A DNA stretch of 64,000 nucleotides, from contig NC_042997.1 of assembly GCF_006345805.1 (NCBI RefSeq), positions 186,992,001-187,056,000 of the forward strand, in the 5' to 3' direction. The stretch is from Octopus sinensis (Eukaryota). This document shows, in pieces, positions 38,235 to 50,925 of this stretch (position 1 is its first letter; each line of letters begins with the position of its first letter). The notes under the pieces are model-generated. The model was not told the DNA's origin. It saw only the letters and a program-made list of their open reading frames with translations, and searched no databases. A program made the translations under genes and the position numbers.

Positions 38235-38545
38235 TAAAGACCCCTTCAGTCATGAATGACTATGGAAAATTATCCTCTGAGGCACAAGTCTGGGCAAGGT
38301 TGTTTATGGAAGCCCAGTAGTTACCCATGCATACAAACCTCCCTTCTGATGTTATCCAAGGGAAAGCAAAGGCCAATGCAGCTTTGCACCAGTGATGTTG
38401 CAGCTCATTTTTACAGCTGAGTGAATTGGAGCAACGTGAAATAAAGTGTCTTGCTCAAGAACACAGCACACAGCCTGGTCCAGGAATCGAATTCACTACC
38501 TCGTGGTTGTGAGCCTGATGCTGCAACCATTGAGCCATGCACCTT
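38235..38545 (-). mobile_element. tRNA-derived CORE-like SINE (family D head, distinct tail)
   Basis: Minus strand tggctcaatggtt (box A), gaattcgattcc (box B), ttcttgagcaagacactt; tail shared with 62442-62640. Confidence 0.8.
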
Positions 38546-39811
38546 CCTCTGGTTTAGACTTGATGTAAGAGCACATTGAGACTTTAAAGACAATATACAT
38601 CATTAATATTTTATTATAGCCATTTGCTTCTTTTAATAGTATCAATGCCCTTAGAAAAAATATTGCAAAAATCACAAATGTTTTTTGTAAGTTCACCAAA
38701 ATATTAGGTCATGAAATTTTTCTTAAAGGAAAACATTCAAACTTTGTTTTCTCATTCATATTACTCTCACATACATTTTATAGGTAGAAACCATTGAAAA
38801 GAGCCTAGAAGATAATCCTGCTCAGTAGGTGGCTTATCTGCTGCTAGTACTGGTATGAAAAGAAGGATTCTTGTAATTGGGTAATGTAAAATCTTTTTAA
38901 AAGCTTGCCAAAGCTTGTACTGTAGTGTTGCACAGCATGTTCTATTTAAACAAATACAAGTTTGTTTTTTTTATATACAAGCATGTGAATGTTTTTTCTT
39001 TCTCAAAATTAGTTAGGTAATTGCCCTCAAGAGTCAACTGTATTTCTCTATATTTTGGTGCCATATATTCCACTTGTAATTTATCCCTTCAAACCTAATA
39101 GTATATTTATTTGTTACACTAACTCCCAACTCCGAGAATCTGCTGAAGTTAACACTCATAAAATGTAGCAGAATTGATCTAATTATAGATAAATTACAAT
39201 TAATTAGTAAAAGCAGTGTAGCTCAAAATTTTTCTTTTTCCTTTTTTTTTTCTTCTTCTTTCTTTTTGCCATTAGATTATACACAATGGCTTTGTTCAAA
39301 AAAATAACAAAAATTATAAAACTAAAAGTAAAGCAAGCTATTATAGCTTTTGACCTTTCACTTTTCAAAAATCTCTGAAAATACATAAGAGATTTGATAC
39401 AGGAAATTTATCTTGTTTAACTACCCAATTACCAAAATTAAAAATAAAGAATTTATATTGTCCTTATCATTTGGAAATTCTTTATATTCTATATATATAT
39501 TTGTTCTCATTTTCCATGGCATTTTTCCTTTGCTTTATGTTCTAAACAGATTGCAATGAGTAATCAAGTCACCGATATGCCCTTCCATATAATATTACTG
39601 TTGTCGTATCGATAACGAAGTCTGGTGTATAACCAGACACAGAATCATTGGTTTCACTTATATCACATTCCTGTCAATATCAATTAAATCCTTCAAAGCT
39701 TCCTCTTTTTTAAGATACTTTGAAAAAGTGGTGGGCCATCTTGGCTACAGTCTAATGACTAAAAGAAGTAAAAGAATTTCCTCTAGGTCATACAATATTT
39801 TTCTTGACTTA

Positions 39812-40308
39812 AGGCAGCGAGCCAGCAGAATTGTTAACATGACTGGTACCATGCTTAATGATATTTCATTGGTCCCGATGTTCTGAGTTCAAATTCTACC
39901 AAGGTCGACTTTACCCATTATCTTTTGAAGGTGGTGAGCTGGCAGAAACGTTAGCATACCGGGCGAAATGCTTAGCGGTATTTCGTCTGTCTTTATGTTC
40001 CGAGTTCAAATTCTGCCGAGGTCGACTTTGCCTTTCATCCTTTCGGGGTCGATAAATTAAGTACCATTTGCACACTGGGGTTGATGTAATTGACTTAATC
40101 AGTTTGTCTGTCCTTGTTTGTCCTCTCTGTGTTTAGCCCCTTGTGGATAGTAAAGAAATAGGTATTTCGTCTGTCTGTATGTTTCATCCTTTGCCTTTCA
40201 TCCTTTTGGAGTTGATAAATTAAGTACCAATTGTGTACTGGGGACGATCTAATTGACTGGCCCCTCCCCCCAAATTTTGGGCCTTGTGTCTAGAGTAGAA
40301 AAGAATAT
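39812..40308 (+). mobile_element. Cluster of SINE-B copies (partial, full, tail fragment)
   Basis: ggtgagctggcagaaacgttagc head, gagttcaaattc box B, gaggtcgactttgcctttcatcctttcggggtcgataaattaagtacc central domain resembling the MetaSINE core. Confidence 0.87.
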
Positions 40309-40729
40309 TTTTAGTTGACTTACCATATTTGAGAGAGTGAATAATCAAATGGCTAGTATAGCAGCTGTATATAAATACTGCTGCAGGGTAGAGTTGCACT
40401 TCTGATTCGAGTATTGATCCATTAACTTTCAGCTCAGAGTCCAATTCCTGTGAGAAAAGCCAGCCTCGGAGACCAGAGTGTGCCCTGGAGAAAGATTTGT
40501 CTTATATCAATTTAATACAATAAAAATTTCAGAGAAGCATCAGACTATAGACATGGTTCAGGAAAAAGATTAGCTTTCGTATATTAAAATCACATGAAAT
40601 GATTTCCTGTTGGATAACTACAGGTACACCATTTTGCTTCTTTGCTGAAACATGAAGAAGATATGAAAGGAAGATATCAACTATCTTAATTAATCATTTC
40701 TTTCCATACATCCATTTAATGAACTGTTA

Positions 40730-41138
40730 TACTCTTTTTTGACTATCTTTTACTTGTTTCAGTCATTTGACTGTGGCCATGCTGGAGCACCACCTTTAGT
40801 CAAGCAAATCGACCCCAGGACTTATTCTTTGTAAGCCTAGTACTTATTCTATCAGTTCCTTTTGCTGAACCGCAAAGTTACGGGGACGTAAACACATCAA
40901 GCGATGTTGGGATGTTGGGGGGACAAACACAGACACAGAAACATATACACACAAACACACATTCATATATATATATACGACGGGCTTCTTTCAGTTTCCG
41001 TCTACCAAATCCACTCACAAGGCTTTGGTCGGCCCGAGGCTATAGTAGAAGACACTTGACCAAGGTGCCACGCAGTGGGACTGAAACCGGAACTTTGTGG
41101 TTCGTAAGCAAGCTACTTACCATACAGCCACTCCTATA
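40730..41138 (-). mobile_element. SINE-A, full length
   Basis: Reverse complement of 6967-7390. Confidence 0.9.
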
Positions 41139-41204
41139 CCTGTTATGCTTACATTCTATCACTAGCCATTTTTGTCTCATGTACCTTCTAAGAAAAATAG
41201 TATA

Positions 41205-41430
41205 TGTGTGTGTGTGTCTTTATGTATATGTTTGTCCCCCGTCACCACTTGACAACTAGTGTTGGTTTGTTTACATCCCTCTAACTTAGCAGTTTGACAA
41301 AAGAGACTGATAGAATAAGTACTAAACTTTAAAAAGTCCTAGGGTCGATGTGTTCGACTAAAACCCTTCAAGGTGGTACCCCAATATGGCCTTAGTCTAA
41401 AGACTGAAACAATTAAAGGATAAAAGATAA
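41205..41430 (+). mobile_element. SINE-A, 3' half
   Basis: Body and tail similarity. Confidence 0.78.
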
Positions 41431-41631
41431 ATATTAAAACAAACTTGTCAATTTAATAGTCTCAGGCTGACACATATGACACTATAACAGACTAAATTGC
41501 TAGTACTTAACTGTATGTTTAACAAAGACAATTTCTAAAGATTCAGTCTACTAGCTGAAAATAGGAGCTATGAGGAGGTACAGATTCCTATTGTAAATAC
41601 TAGCACCACTGTATGATATATATTAAGTATT

Positions 41632-41856
41632 AGGCGGCAAACTGGCAGAAATGTTAGCATGCGGGGTGAAATACTTAGTGGTATTTCATCTGTCTTCACG
41701 CTCTGAGTTCAAATTCCGCCGAGGTTGACTTTGCCTTTCATCCTTTTGGGGGTTGATAAATTAAGTACAAGTTGCATGCTAGGGTCGATCTAATTGAAAT
41801 GTTAGCATGCGGGGTGAAATGCTTAGTGATATTTCATCTGTCTTTATGTTCTGAGG
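41632..41856 (+). mobile_element. SINE-B with duplicated head segment
   Basis: gaaatgttagcatgcggggtgaaat occurs at ~41648 and ~41796. Confidence 0.82.
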
Positions 41857-42767
41857 GTAGTAAACTGTGTGTTTTGCTGAGGAGGTCTAATAAGTCCAAA
41901 ACATGCCTGGAGTAGTCTCCTGTACTTTCCAAAATGATTAAAATAATATTAGACATTGAGCTGTTGCAATAATTATCTCACTTATCAGTTATTTCACACT
42001 CACTACATTAAATATACTAATGCTAATTTAACTGTTAAAAAACGGAAGTTTAGTTAAATGCTACTATGCTTGATGATTCTTAAGAACTCATGTTTTACAT
42101 ACAAGCAGACTTTTATATTTACAAGATAATAAATCTAATTAATATCATTCAGTAGTAATAAATAGCAATTTTCAGACATGTCAAACATCAATTTTATTTA
42201 AGAATATGTATAATTGGCGAGATATCTCGTTACTGACAGGTGTTATTTTTATCTATGAAATTATTTTCTTTACTTCATTTTTGGTACTGAATAGCTTTAA
42301 AAAAAAAAAACAAGCAAACAAACTAAAAACAATCTCCCCCAAAAAATAAAAAATAAAAAACTATAATTGCAGAAAACTTTTAACTAAATAAAATGATTGT
42401 AATATATTTAGAGTTGTGTTTTTTAATTTGATAACTAGATTTGCTAGTACTGAGTATGTGTACAATCCTAAATGGTGAAGCATAATAACTGATTATAGCT
42501 TGAAGTAGCTGAATTATTTGGTATTTTTTTTTTACTTGTTTCAGTCACTGCACTGTGGCCATGCTGGGGCACAGTCTTGAACAAATAGCACCTAATATTT
42601 ATTTTTTTTAAGGCTTGTCTGGAGACTGATTCTATCAGTCTCATTTGCTGAGCGGCTATGGTACAGAAATGTAAACAAACCAACACTAGTTGACCAGCAG
42701 TTGGACACACGCACGCATGCACACACGCACACACGCACACACACACACACATATCAATAGTATGGTA

Positions 42768-42985
42768 GGGCGGCAAGCTGGCAGAATCGTTAGCACGCCG
42801 GGTGAAATGCTTCACAGTATTTCGTCTGGCGTTATGTTCTGAGTTAAAATTCTGCCGAAGTCGACTTTGCCTTTCATCCTATCAGGGTCAATTAAATAAG
42901 TACCAGTTACACACTGGGGTCGATGTAATCAACTTAATCCCTTGTTTGCCCACTCTATGTTTAGACCCCCTGTGGGCAAAAAAAG
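42768..42985 (+). mobile_element. SINE-B
   Basis: Full head, central domain and tail. Confidence 0.85.
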
Positions 42986-43149
42986 AAAAGTATGGTAGAA
43001 ATTAATGATATTTCATTTTGGTTGAGTCAGACTCTTGCTACTCTGACTTCCCATGTAGGTGTGTAGGATCTTCAAGCAAATTTGCTTGAAGATCCTGTGT
43101 AATTTACAGATGAAATTGAGAGCAGCAACAGACTGACTTGACTTAAATA

Positions 43150-43375
43150 ATATAGCTTCTTAGCTTAGCTTGACTTGATGACATCATCTTTGATCCTTAG
43201 GGGTTGTCTTGATGGCACTGGCAAGCCTTCTCATGGCTGGAAAGACCGATTCTGGAGGCACATGTCCGATTACTCTGAGAGCAATGAAGAGGGCTCTGAC
43301 GAAGATGAGTTGTGCTCAAATGGATGTGGACTAAACTCCAACTTCCTCCTCCAGAACCAGTGCCGAGGTATCAAA
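43150..43375 (-). mobile_element. RTE-BovB-like LINE 3' remnant
   Basis: Minus strand encodes LHCSQSNRTCASRIGLSSHEKAC (degenerate C-terminal zinc knuckle with SRIGLxSH), followed by an (aagtc/aagct)n tail. Confidence 0.72.
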
Positions 43376-43829
43376 AGTGGCTATAAGAGCAATCCTTATA
43401 AAGCTGTTATGAAGTTAGTAGGATAGATAAGCATATTGCTCAAGCCTAAACTATGTTTATCTACATTACCATCTCTCTCATATTTCAGTTTCTATCTAAC
43501 ACATCTACTTATAAGGCTTTAGTTGGTCCATGACTAGTAGAAGACACTTACTCCAGGTGCTATGCAGTAGGACTGAACTCATAACCATGTGGTTGGGAAG
43601 CAAACTTCTTACTACATAACTATGCCTGCCAATATATATTTAAGATGAAAAAGTATCAAAGAGGCTAATAATTTTTTAAGATTAATCTTACTGTGCAACC
43701 CCCTGGGTAAGCAAGTAATCTACCATAACTTTGGGTTTATCATGCTTTGTAAGTAGAATGTGATAGATGGAAACTGTGAAGAAGCTCATAGATGTATGAG
43801 AGTGTGTGTGTGTGCGAATATATATATAT

Positions 43830-44220
43830 AGGTTCAAGAGTTGCTGTGTTGTAAGTAGCTTGCTTACCAACCACATGGTTCTGGGTTCATTCCCACTGCG
43901 TGGCACCTTGGACAAGTGTCTTCTACTATAGCCCCGGGCCGACCAAAGCCTTGTGAGTGGATTTGGTAGACAGAAACTGAAAGAAGCCCGTCATATATAT
44001 GTATGTGTGTGTATATGTTTGTGTGTCTGTGTTTGTTCCCTAACATCACTTGACAACCGATGCTGGTGTGTTTACATCCCCATAACTTAGCAGTTCGGCA
44101 AAAGAGACCATTAGTATAAGTACTAGGCTTACAAAGAATAAGTCCTGGGGTCGATTTGCTCGACTAAAGGTGGTGTTCCAGCATGGCCGCAGTCAAATGA
44201 CTGAAACAAGTAAAAGAGAA
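43830..44220 (+). mobile_element. SINE-A, full length
   Basis: Matches 6967-7390. Confidence 0.9.
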
Positions 44221-44969
44221 AAAAAATATATATACATGCGGTGCCCCAGCATGGCCACAGCTCGTGAGCTGAGACTAGATAAAATGAAAATGATATATAT
44301 ATATATATATATGAGCAAAAGGATATTTGCTGTCTGGCATAGTCACAACATACTGCTTTGGATAACCAACTGGATATCATACAAGTTGGTTGAAGCACAC
44401 ATGATGGATATCAAGTTCTTCAACTCACTCACACTAAACATTGGTTGTTAGGGAAATTTATGCTTCATTAGGCTTGCAGATTTTGAGAAATGGAGTATCT
44501 GTAGCACTGACATGAAGCAAATTAATGTAGCATTTAGGACTGCCTCGACTGTTTACTGCAACTTTCTTCTGAAATCCAAGGCTGGCCTAGCATTGCACAT
44601 ACATCACCATTGTCATAGATGGCTATAATACTATCAGCGTCACATCATGCAATACAGAACAATAACAATAAATTTACTGTAATGGTGGTGTTTTCTACAT
44701 GCAGACAAAGACTTGATAAACCATCACACTATTCTTATTATCCATATTGTTTATCTGTCACCAACCTTCAGCATGATGCTGTTTTTCTGGTTGCACTTTG
44801 GTTATTATTGTATAACAACAACAGCAACACCAATAATAATAATAATAATAATAATAATAATTTTTATATCTTTTGTACCACCACTGCTACTGCCACTACC
44901 ATCACCGTATGTATGTATGTATGTATGTATGTATGTATGTATATATATATATATATGCAGACATACATA

Positions 44970-45132
44970 TAGGAGTGGATGTGTGGTAAGTAGCTTGCTT
45001 ACAAATCACATGGTCCCAGGTTCAGTCCCACTGCGTGGCACCCTGGGCAAGTGTCTTCTACTATAGCCCCAGGATGGCCAAAGCCTTGTGAGCGGATTTG
45101 GTAGATGGAAACTGAAAGAAGCTCGTCGTATA
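44970..45132 (+). mobile_element. SINE-A, 5' half
   Basis: Head through gaaagaagctcgtcg. Confidence 0.85.
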
Positions 45133-45299
45133 CATTTATGGAGCATTTTAGAAAAACAAGTAAGGAGTCAATATCCTCTACCATCATCACTACAAGAACT
45201 GGAGACTGTTTTAGCTGAAGAATGGGCAAAAATTCCTTTGTTAACAACAAACTTTGTACGAGTCCATACCTTATAGAATTCAAGGTGTAATTACTGCCA
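45133..45299 (+). pseudogene. Tc1-family transposase C-terminal fragment
   Basis: HLWSILEKQVRSQYPLPSSLQELETVLAEEWAKIP is typical of the segment after the Tc1 SPDLNPIE motif. Confidence 0.72.
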
Positions 45300-45377
45300 C
45301 TTGAACCTGGAACAATGCAGTTGGGAAGTAAACTTCTTATAACATATCTACGCTTGCAGTTATACTTAAACTTCAAT

Positions 45378-45750
45378 CGTTTAATGTCCGCTTTCCATGC
45401 TAGCATGGGTTGGACGATTTGACTGGGGACTGGTGCTCCAGTCTGATCTGGCAGAGTTTCTACAGCTGGATGCCCTTCCTAATGCCAACCACTCCAAGAG
45501 TGTAGTGGGTGCTTTTACATGTCACTGGCACGAGGGCCAGTCAGGCGGTACTGGCTATGGCCACACTCAAGTGGTGTTTTTAACGCGCCACCTGCACAGG
45601 AGCCAGTCCAGTGGCACTGGCAATGACTTCACTCAAATGTTTTTCATGTGCCACCAGCACAAGTGCTAGTTAGGTGGCGCTGATAATGGTCACATTTGAA
45701 TGGTGCTTTTTACGTGCCACTGGTATGGAAGCCAGTCAGCTGGTCTGGCA
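45378..45750 (-). mobile_element. RTE 3' UTR copy
   Basis: Same terminal block and modules as 47858-48340. Confidence 0.85.
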
Positions 45751-45924
45751 AAAATGCCCTGCATTATTAAACTATCTTTTGGTATTATCCAAGAATTTGG
45801 GTTTGATATTCTTCTAGCTCTCTCCCAATTTCTATATTTCTTCCTATTAAATATATGCTCTCTCATGCACCTACATTAGTGTGTGAGTAGCTTTATTGGC
45901 AAAACAACTTCGCAACACAAAACA

Positions 45925-46140
45925 TTGGTTTCAAATTTTGTCACAAGACCAGCAATTTTGGGGGAGGGGTAAGTTGATTACATCAACCCTAGTATTCAAC
46001 TGCTACTTATTTTATTGACCCTGAAAGGATGAAAAGCAAAGTTGACCTCATTGGCATTTGAACTCAGAATGTAAAGATGGATGAAATGCTGCTAAGCCTT
46101 TTGCCTGGTATGTTAACGGTTCTGCCAACTTGCCGCCTTC
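45925..46140 (-). mobile_element. SINE-B
   Basis: Reverse complement of the head and central domain. Confidence 0.82.
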
Positions 46141-47857
46141 CCAATACACATCTTTGTTATACATTTACATTTTCCACAAGACATTAGGGTAGATTTTTGC
46201 TTTCAGTTAGTTTTAAAGTGATGTATAATTCAAGTGAAAAGATTTGTACTGCAACAGAAAATAATATATTTTAACTTTAAAATGTTTATGTGAATGCACA
46301 TGTGTGAACAGTTAAAATGATAGCTATTGTATGGAAATATGTGTATATATTTTTCTTGTCATATTTAGTTGAATATCAGAGGAATACATAAGCTACAAGA
46401 ATACAATAGGGATTTTACTTGTCTTCAAAAGGACAGCCGAGACTTACTTGTGGTAACCTGCTGTTTGTTGCTGCCTGCTGGTAAAAGACTTTATGAAATC
46501 TTGCACCTGCATAAATAGAGTTTCTTTTCTCTTCACTTGCATTAGAGCTATGTTAAAGGAATGAGTAAACAAGAACAAGATTTTGTCACATGGAATGGCA
46601 ATGAAACAGCAACGAAGAAAAAAAAATGCCAAAACTTGAAACAAAACTAGTACCATCAAAGTTACATGTTGTTTACCTGTTGTTGCTGACAACAGAGGAA
46701 GTGGGGTTAGAGGAGGTGATGGTGGAGAAGGAATGATTTAGATAGGGAAAGTAAAGGATAAAGGTTAGAGAGAAGAAAAGAAAATGAAGAATGAAAGGGT
46801 GAAAAAAAATGTAGGAATGTTAAAGCCAAGTAGAATGAAGGTTGAAAATGGAAGTGGTGTGGGGGTGGGCTGAAGAAGGAATAAGATAAAACAGCTGCTA
46901 CTATCAATATGCAGTTGGCAAATAATGATTTTATTCCTGTGCAAAAGAACAATGGTTTGGTCAACTTTGAAGTAAACTAGCAATGAAGACAGTGATATTT
47001 CGTGTTCTTGTAACACATTCAAATACAAAATTAGTGACATTTCAAGTGGACTTAAAATTCTTAAAATTACAGAACGCAACATGTCTTTCCATTGAATTTT
47101 CTTTTTCTGTTTTGCTCAGCTTTTTCTTAGATATTCTAGATTTTGTTTTAATTATGTTTATGTATTTTTTTTTTAATGTGACATTAACTAAGAGGCCCTA
47201 TTTCACCACAGACTGGAAAATGAAAGCTAAAGCCAAACATGTAAAGGCTGCTTTTTCCTGCCCTTTTAAATCCTAATTAGACTCATTGGTAAAAACACTT
47301 TTAGAAATCTGTTTATTGAACTGTTCAACTTTCTGTTTGTCATTCGTTTCTGCCATACTGGTCACATAAAAGCACTAATATTACATTATGTTTTTTTTTA
47401 ACAGTTTTTCTAAATTATATCTATCAACTATTTGTGTGTGAGTGTGTGTGTGTATGTTTGTGTGATTTTCTTTTATAAATTAAAATCAAAACAAAAGAAA
47501 AACTTGAAGGTGAAACAAAATCTGGATGATTTGACGAAACCTTGCTGCCAACAAAAAAAGAAAAAAAAGACTTCAGATAAAAAACCATTACAGTTAAACT
47601 GTTAGAATGTTTATCATTTTTGATTAGATAATGTGAGCATACCAATTATTAAATGGTTTCTAATTTAGTCACAAGGCCAATAGTTTTGTGCGGATTAGTT
47701 AATAACATTGACACTAGAACTTGAATGGTATTTTATTTTATTACCCTAAAATGGAGGAAAGGCAAAGTTGATGTCAGCCAACAATCTGATATAAATAATA
47801 CAAGATATTTTTACCAATCTCTAATGATTATGCTGACTTGATGCCTTATATTAATTC

Positions 47858-48340
47858 ATCATCATCATCATCATTGTTTAATGTCCACTTTCCATGCTAG
47901 CATGGGTTGGACGATTTGACTGAGGACTGATGAACCAGATAGCTGCACAAGGCTCCAATCTTGATCTGGCAGAGTTTTTACAGCTCGATGCCCTTCATAA
48001 AAAACAACCCCTCTGAAAGTGTAGCGGGTGCTTTTACGTGCCACCGACATGAGGGCCAGTCAAATGGTATTGGCAACAGCCATGCTCAAATGGTGTTTTT
48101 TATGTGCCACCTGCACAGGAGCCAGTCCAGCAGCACTGGCAATGACCTTGCTCAAATGTTTTTTCACATGCCACCGGCACAAGTGCCAGTAAGGCGATGC
48201 TGGTAACGATCATGCTTGAATGGTGCTTTTTACATGCCACCAGCACAGAAGCCAGTTTGCTGCTCTGGCAACGATTATGCTCAGATGGTGCTCTTAGCAC
48301 TTCACTAGCATGGATGCCAGTCATAGAAATTGATTTCGAA
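47858..48340 (-). mobile_element. RTE 3' UTR copy
   Basis: (cat)n, ttccatgctagcatgggttggacg and 5-6 gtgcttttta.gtgccac modules. Confidence 0.85.
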
Positions 48341-48822
48341 AATATACTTAGTCCTACTCTCATCTGTAATCTATAGGTATTACATATATTTACAAAAATA
48401 TCAAAATCAAGGAATTAAAAAATTGAAGTAAATGCTTATTCATATGAATAAAATCTAAAGGGAAATGAAATGTAAATCAGTATTTGTCAGGTACTTTACC
48501 TATGAAAATAAACATTGTTATGAAATTTCATACTTGTGGTGTATTACATATACTAAAGGAAGAGTATAGTTGTTCAAGCCATTCCATCATTTGAGTTCAT
48601 ATTAAAGCATAGGTACATTGAGCTCTTGCCTAGGGGCCCAATTCTGACCTATGCATATTGTGGCTTGCTGTCAACCAATAAATAAATGCTATAGGGCCCA
48701 GTGCATTGATTTTTCAATGCTGTTAAGGCAGCTCTGCATTCACACCTCTGCATATTTCTATAAACTTAGAGGTGAAGTTGACTGACAAAATTAAAACACT
48801 GAGCATAGAGAGATGAAATTAA

Positions 48823-49670
48823 CCCCTTAATGGATCAATTATTTTGACATGGCATTTCATTTCAGAGCATATTTTTTTTATTTCCTTTTTTAATTATATA
48901 CACTGTGTTAATAACAAAAAAAAGTTTTTTTTATCTTGTTTCCTTAATTTTTTATTTTAGAAATTAAAATGTACTTTTTACTCATTTGGATTTAAACGAG
49001 TTAACTCGAATATTGAAAAAATACATATAACTTAACTATCTTCAATTTTTTATAAGATATATTGCTTTTAAATCAAAGGAATTTTTTTTAAAAATGAGAT
49101 AGACAGTTTATTTAGAATGATAAGTTTTAAAATGAGGAGTTATATACAAAGTTATCTTGCAGACATCATATATGTATCTGCTTTCTCTTTGAATATTCTT
49201 TCCTTTAGCGTCTCTCTTCTCTGTGCATTTTGCACATGTTTCTAATTCATCCCCAGAGCTTTCCAGATCGTGAAATAAAAAATCGCTTTTGTGATCGCTG
49301 AATATATCTAAATCTTCATCCATTTTGAGAAAAAAAAATGCGTAAATAATTCTCTTATTTGTATACATAATAGAGAATCAAAATGAGACGGTTCTAAAAT
49401 GACATCAACCTCCTCCTGAATCTGAGTATGCACTGAAGTAAAAGTTCAAAACTCAGAAGCATACATTCTTTGAAATGGTGCCAGAATATGTGCTGCCAGG
49501 CATACAACAACGCAAGTAAATTCGTGATTGCTCAAAAATGAAACAACACAAAACAAATAAACTCGTTTGTGTGCTAAAATTAAAAGTTAATTTTAACCGA
49601 GTATATTCGTCTGGTTCTAAAAAGTTACATTTGCGATGCACGAGTAAACTCGGGATAATCCTTTAAGGGG
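48823..49670 (-). mobile_element. Internally deleted piggyBac element
   Basis: TTAA at 48819-48822 and 49671-49674; TIR ccccttaa(t/a)ggat at both ends; transposase remnants inside. Confidence 0.87.
49108..49323 (-). pseudogene. piggyBac transposase remnant: acidic N-terminus fused to degenerate C-terminal Cys-rich domain
   Basis: MDEDLDIFSD..ESSGDE then TCAKC...RESRYIYDVCKITLYITPHFKTYH, matching the CxxC..RxExRYxCxxC..LC..CFxxYH pattern with several Cys lost. Confidence 0.72.
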
Positions 49671-49814
49671 TTAAATGATGTCAGTAACTTTTCCTGATGC
49701 ACTGTTTCTGCCACTCACTGCACTTTATTACAGTAGTAATAAAGAAATATGAAGGCATTACTAGTAGGGTTTGCAATGGTAACACTGAAGGGAAAGAAAT
49801 AGTTAAGATGAATT

Positions 49815-49913
49815 ACTAAACCTAAATCACTTGTAAGATAAGTCACTAGATCTAAGTCACTTTTAGGATAAGTCACTAAACCTAAATCACTTTTAAGATA
49901 AGTCACTAAACCT
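49815..49913. repeat. 30-bp minisatellite (3.3 units)
   Basis: Unit actaaacctaaatcactt(g/t)taagataagtc. Confidence 0.9.
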
Positions 49914-50868
49914 TGTGGCATACTAAATCACTTTTTTAATTTTATATTTGAAATGAAATTGAATAACATATATATTTTAATTTCATGGCTTGGAAAAATT
50001 TATTGCTCATTCTTCATTGAAATCCTGAAAAATTAGAAGAATTTGAAGAGTAAGACAACTTTGGTTAATATATTGAAAAAAAAGAAGAAAAGAAAAGGAA
50101 TAGGGAATTCTACTGGGAAGGGATTCATGTATTTAGATTGCTGGAAAGTTCTTTAATCAGTCATATAGCTTTCCTCTATGCAATAGATGTTATTATTTTG
50201 CACCAGGTTAAACACAGACTAAGCAGATATATGATCAAAGGCATTCCAGCAATGACCATCACATTGTCATTTTAGGGTGTAAAGAAAAAAATACCCAATA
50301 CACAGAGTAAAGTGGCTGGCAGAAGGAAGGGTGTCCAGCTGGAGAAACCATGCAAAATCTAACACTGGAATTCAGTGCTGGCCTGCAGCTTGCCAGGTTC
50401 TGTCAAATTGTCCAACCTATGCCAACACAGAAAATGGATGCTAAATGATAATGATGATGATGATGATGATGATGATGACGATGGGGACTCATTTGAGGGA
50501 AATTGGGTTGCTATTATAGCAGCTACAAAGAGGTTCATCCCTCCCAGTATTCTATATTGTCAAGAGCCGGCAGCTGCTTATCTCTAAATATTTCTCAACT
50601 TTAAAGAGAACAATGTTTGGAAATATGAATATGGCATTTTGGATATTATGAATCACAACACATTTCGGGTATGAATCCTTAGTAGCCTAAATAAACTGAG
50701 ATAATGGTCTGTATGCCTCAAATTCTGTTAACTACAATTCCTTTCATCATAATTTTCTAGGGCTGGAGGCTTATGAGGTCTCATGACATCTACTGTCCAA
50801 GGTTTCAAGGAACATTTGTAATCCAAGTGAGAGTGACAGTGAAAGAGAAACTCTCTGTGTGTATGTGT

Positions 50869-50925
<57 letters not shown>

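Noticed and set aside
43175-43426. Plus-strand 83-aa acidic ORF that looks like an exon
   Set aside because: Better explained as the antisense of an RTE-BovB C-terminal zinc-knuckle fragment.
47990-48330. CRISPR-like motif-spacer array
   Set aside because: Motifs are degenerate, spacers are mutually related, the array lies in a LINE 3' UTR, the genome is eukaryotic and there are no cas genes.
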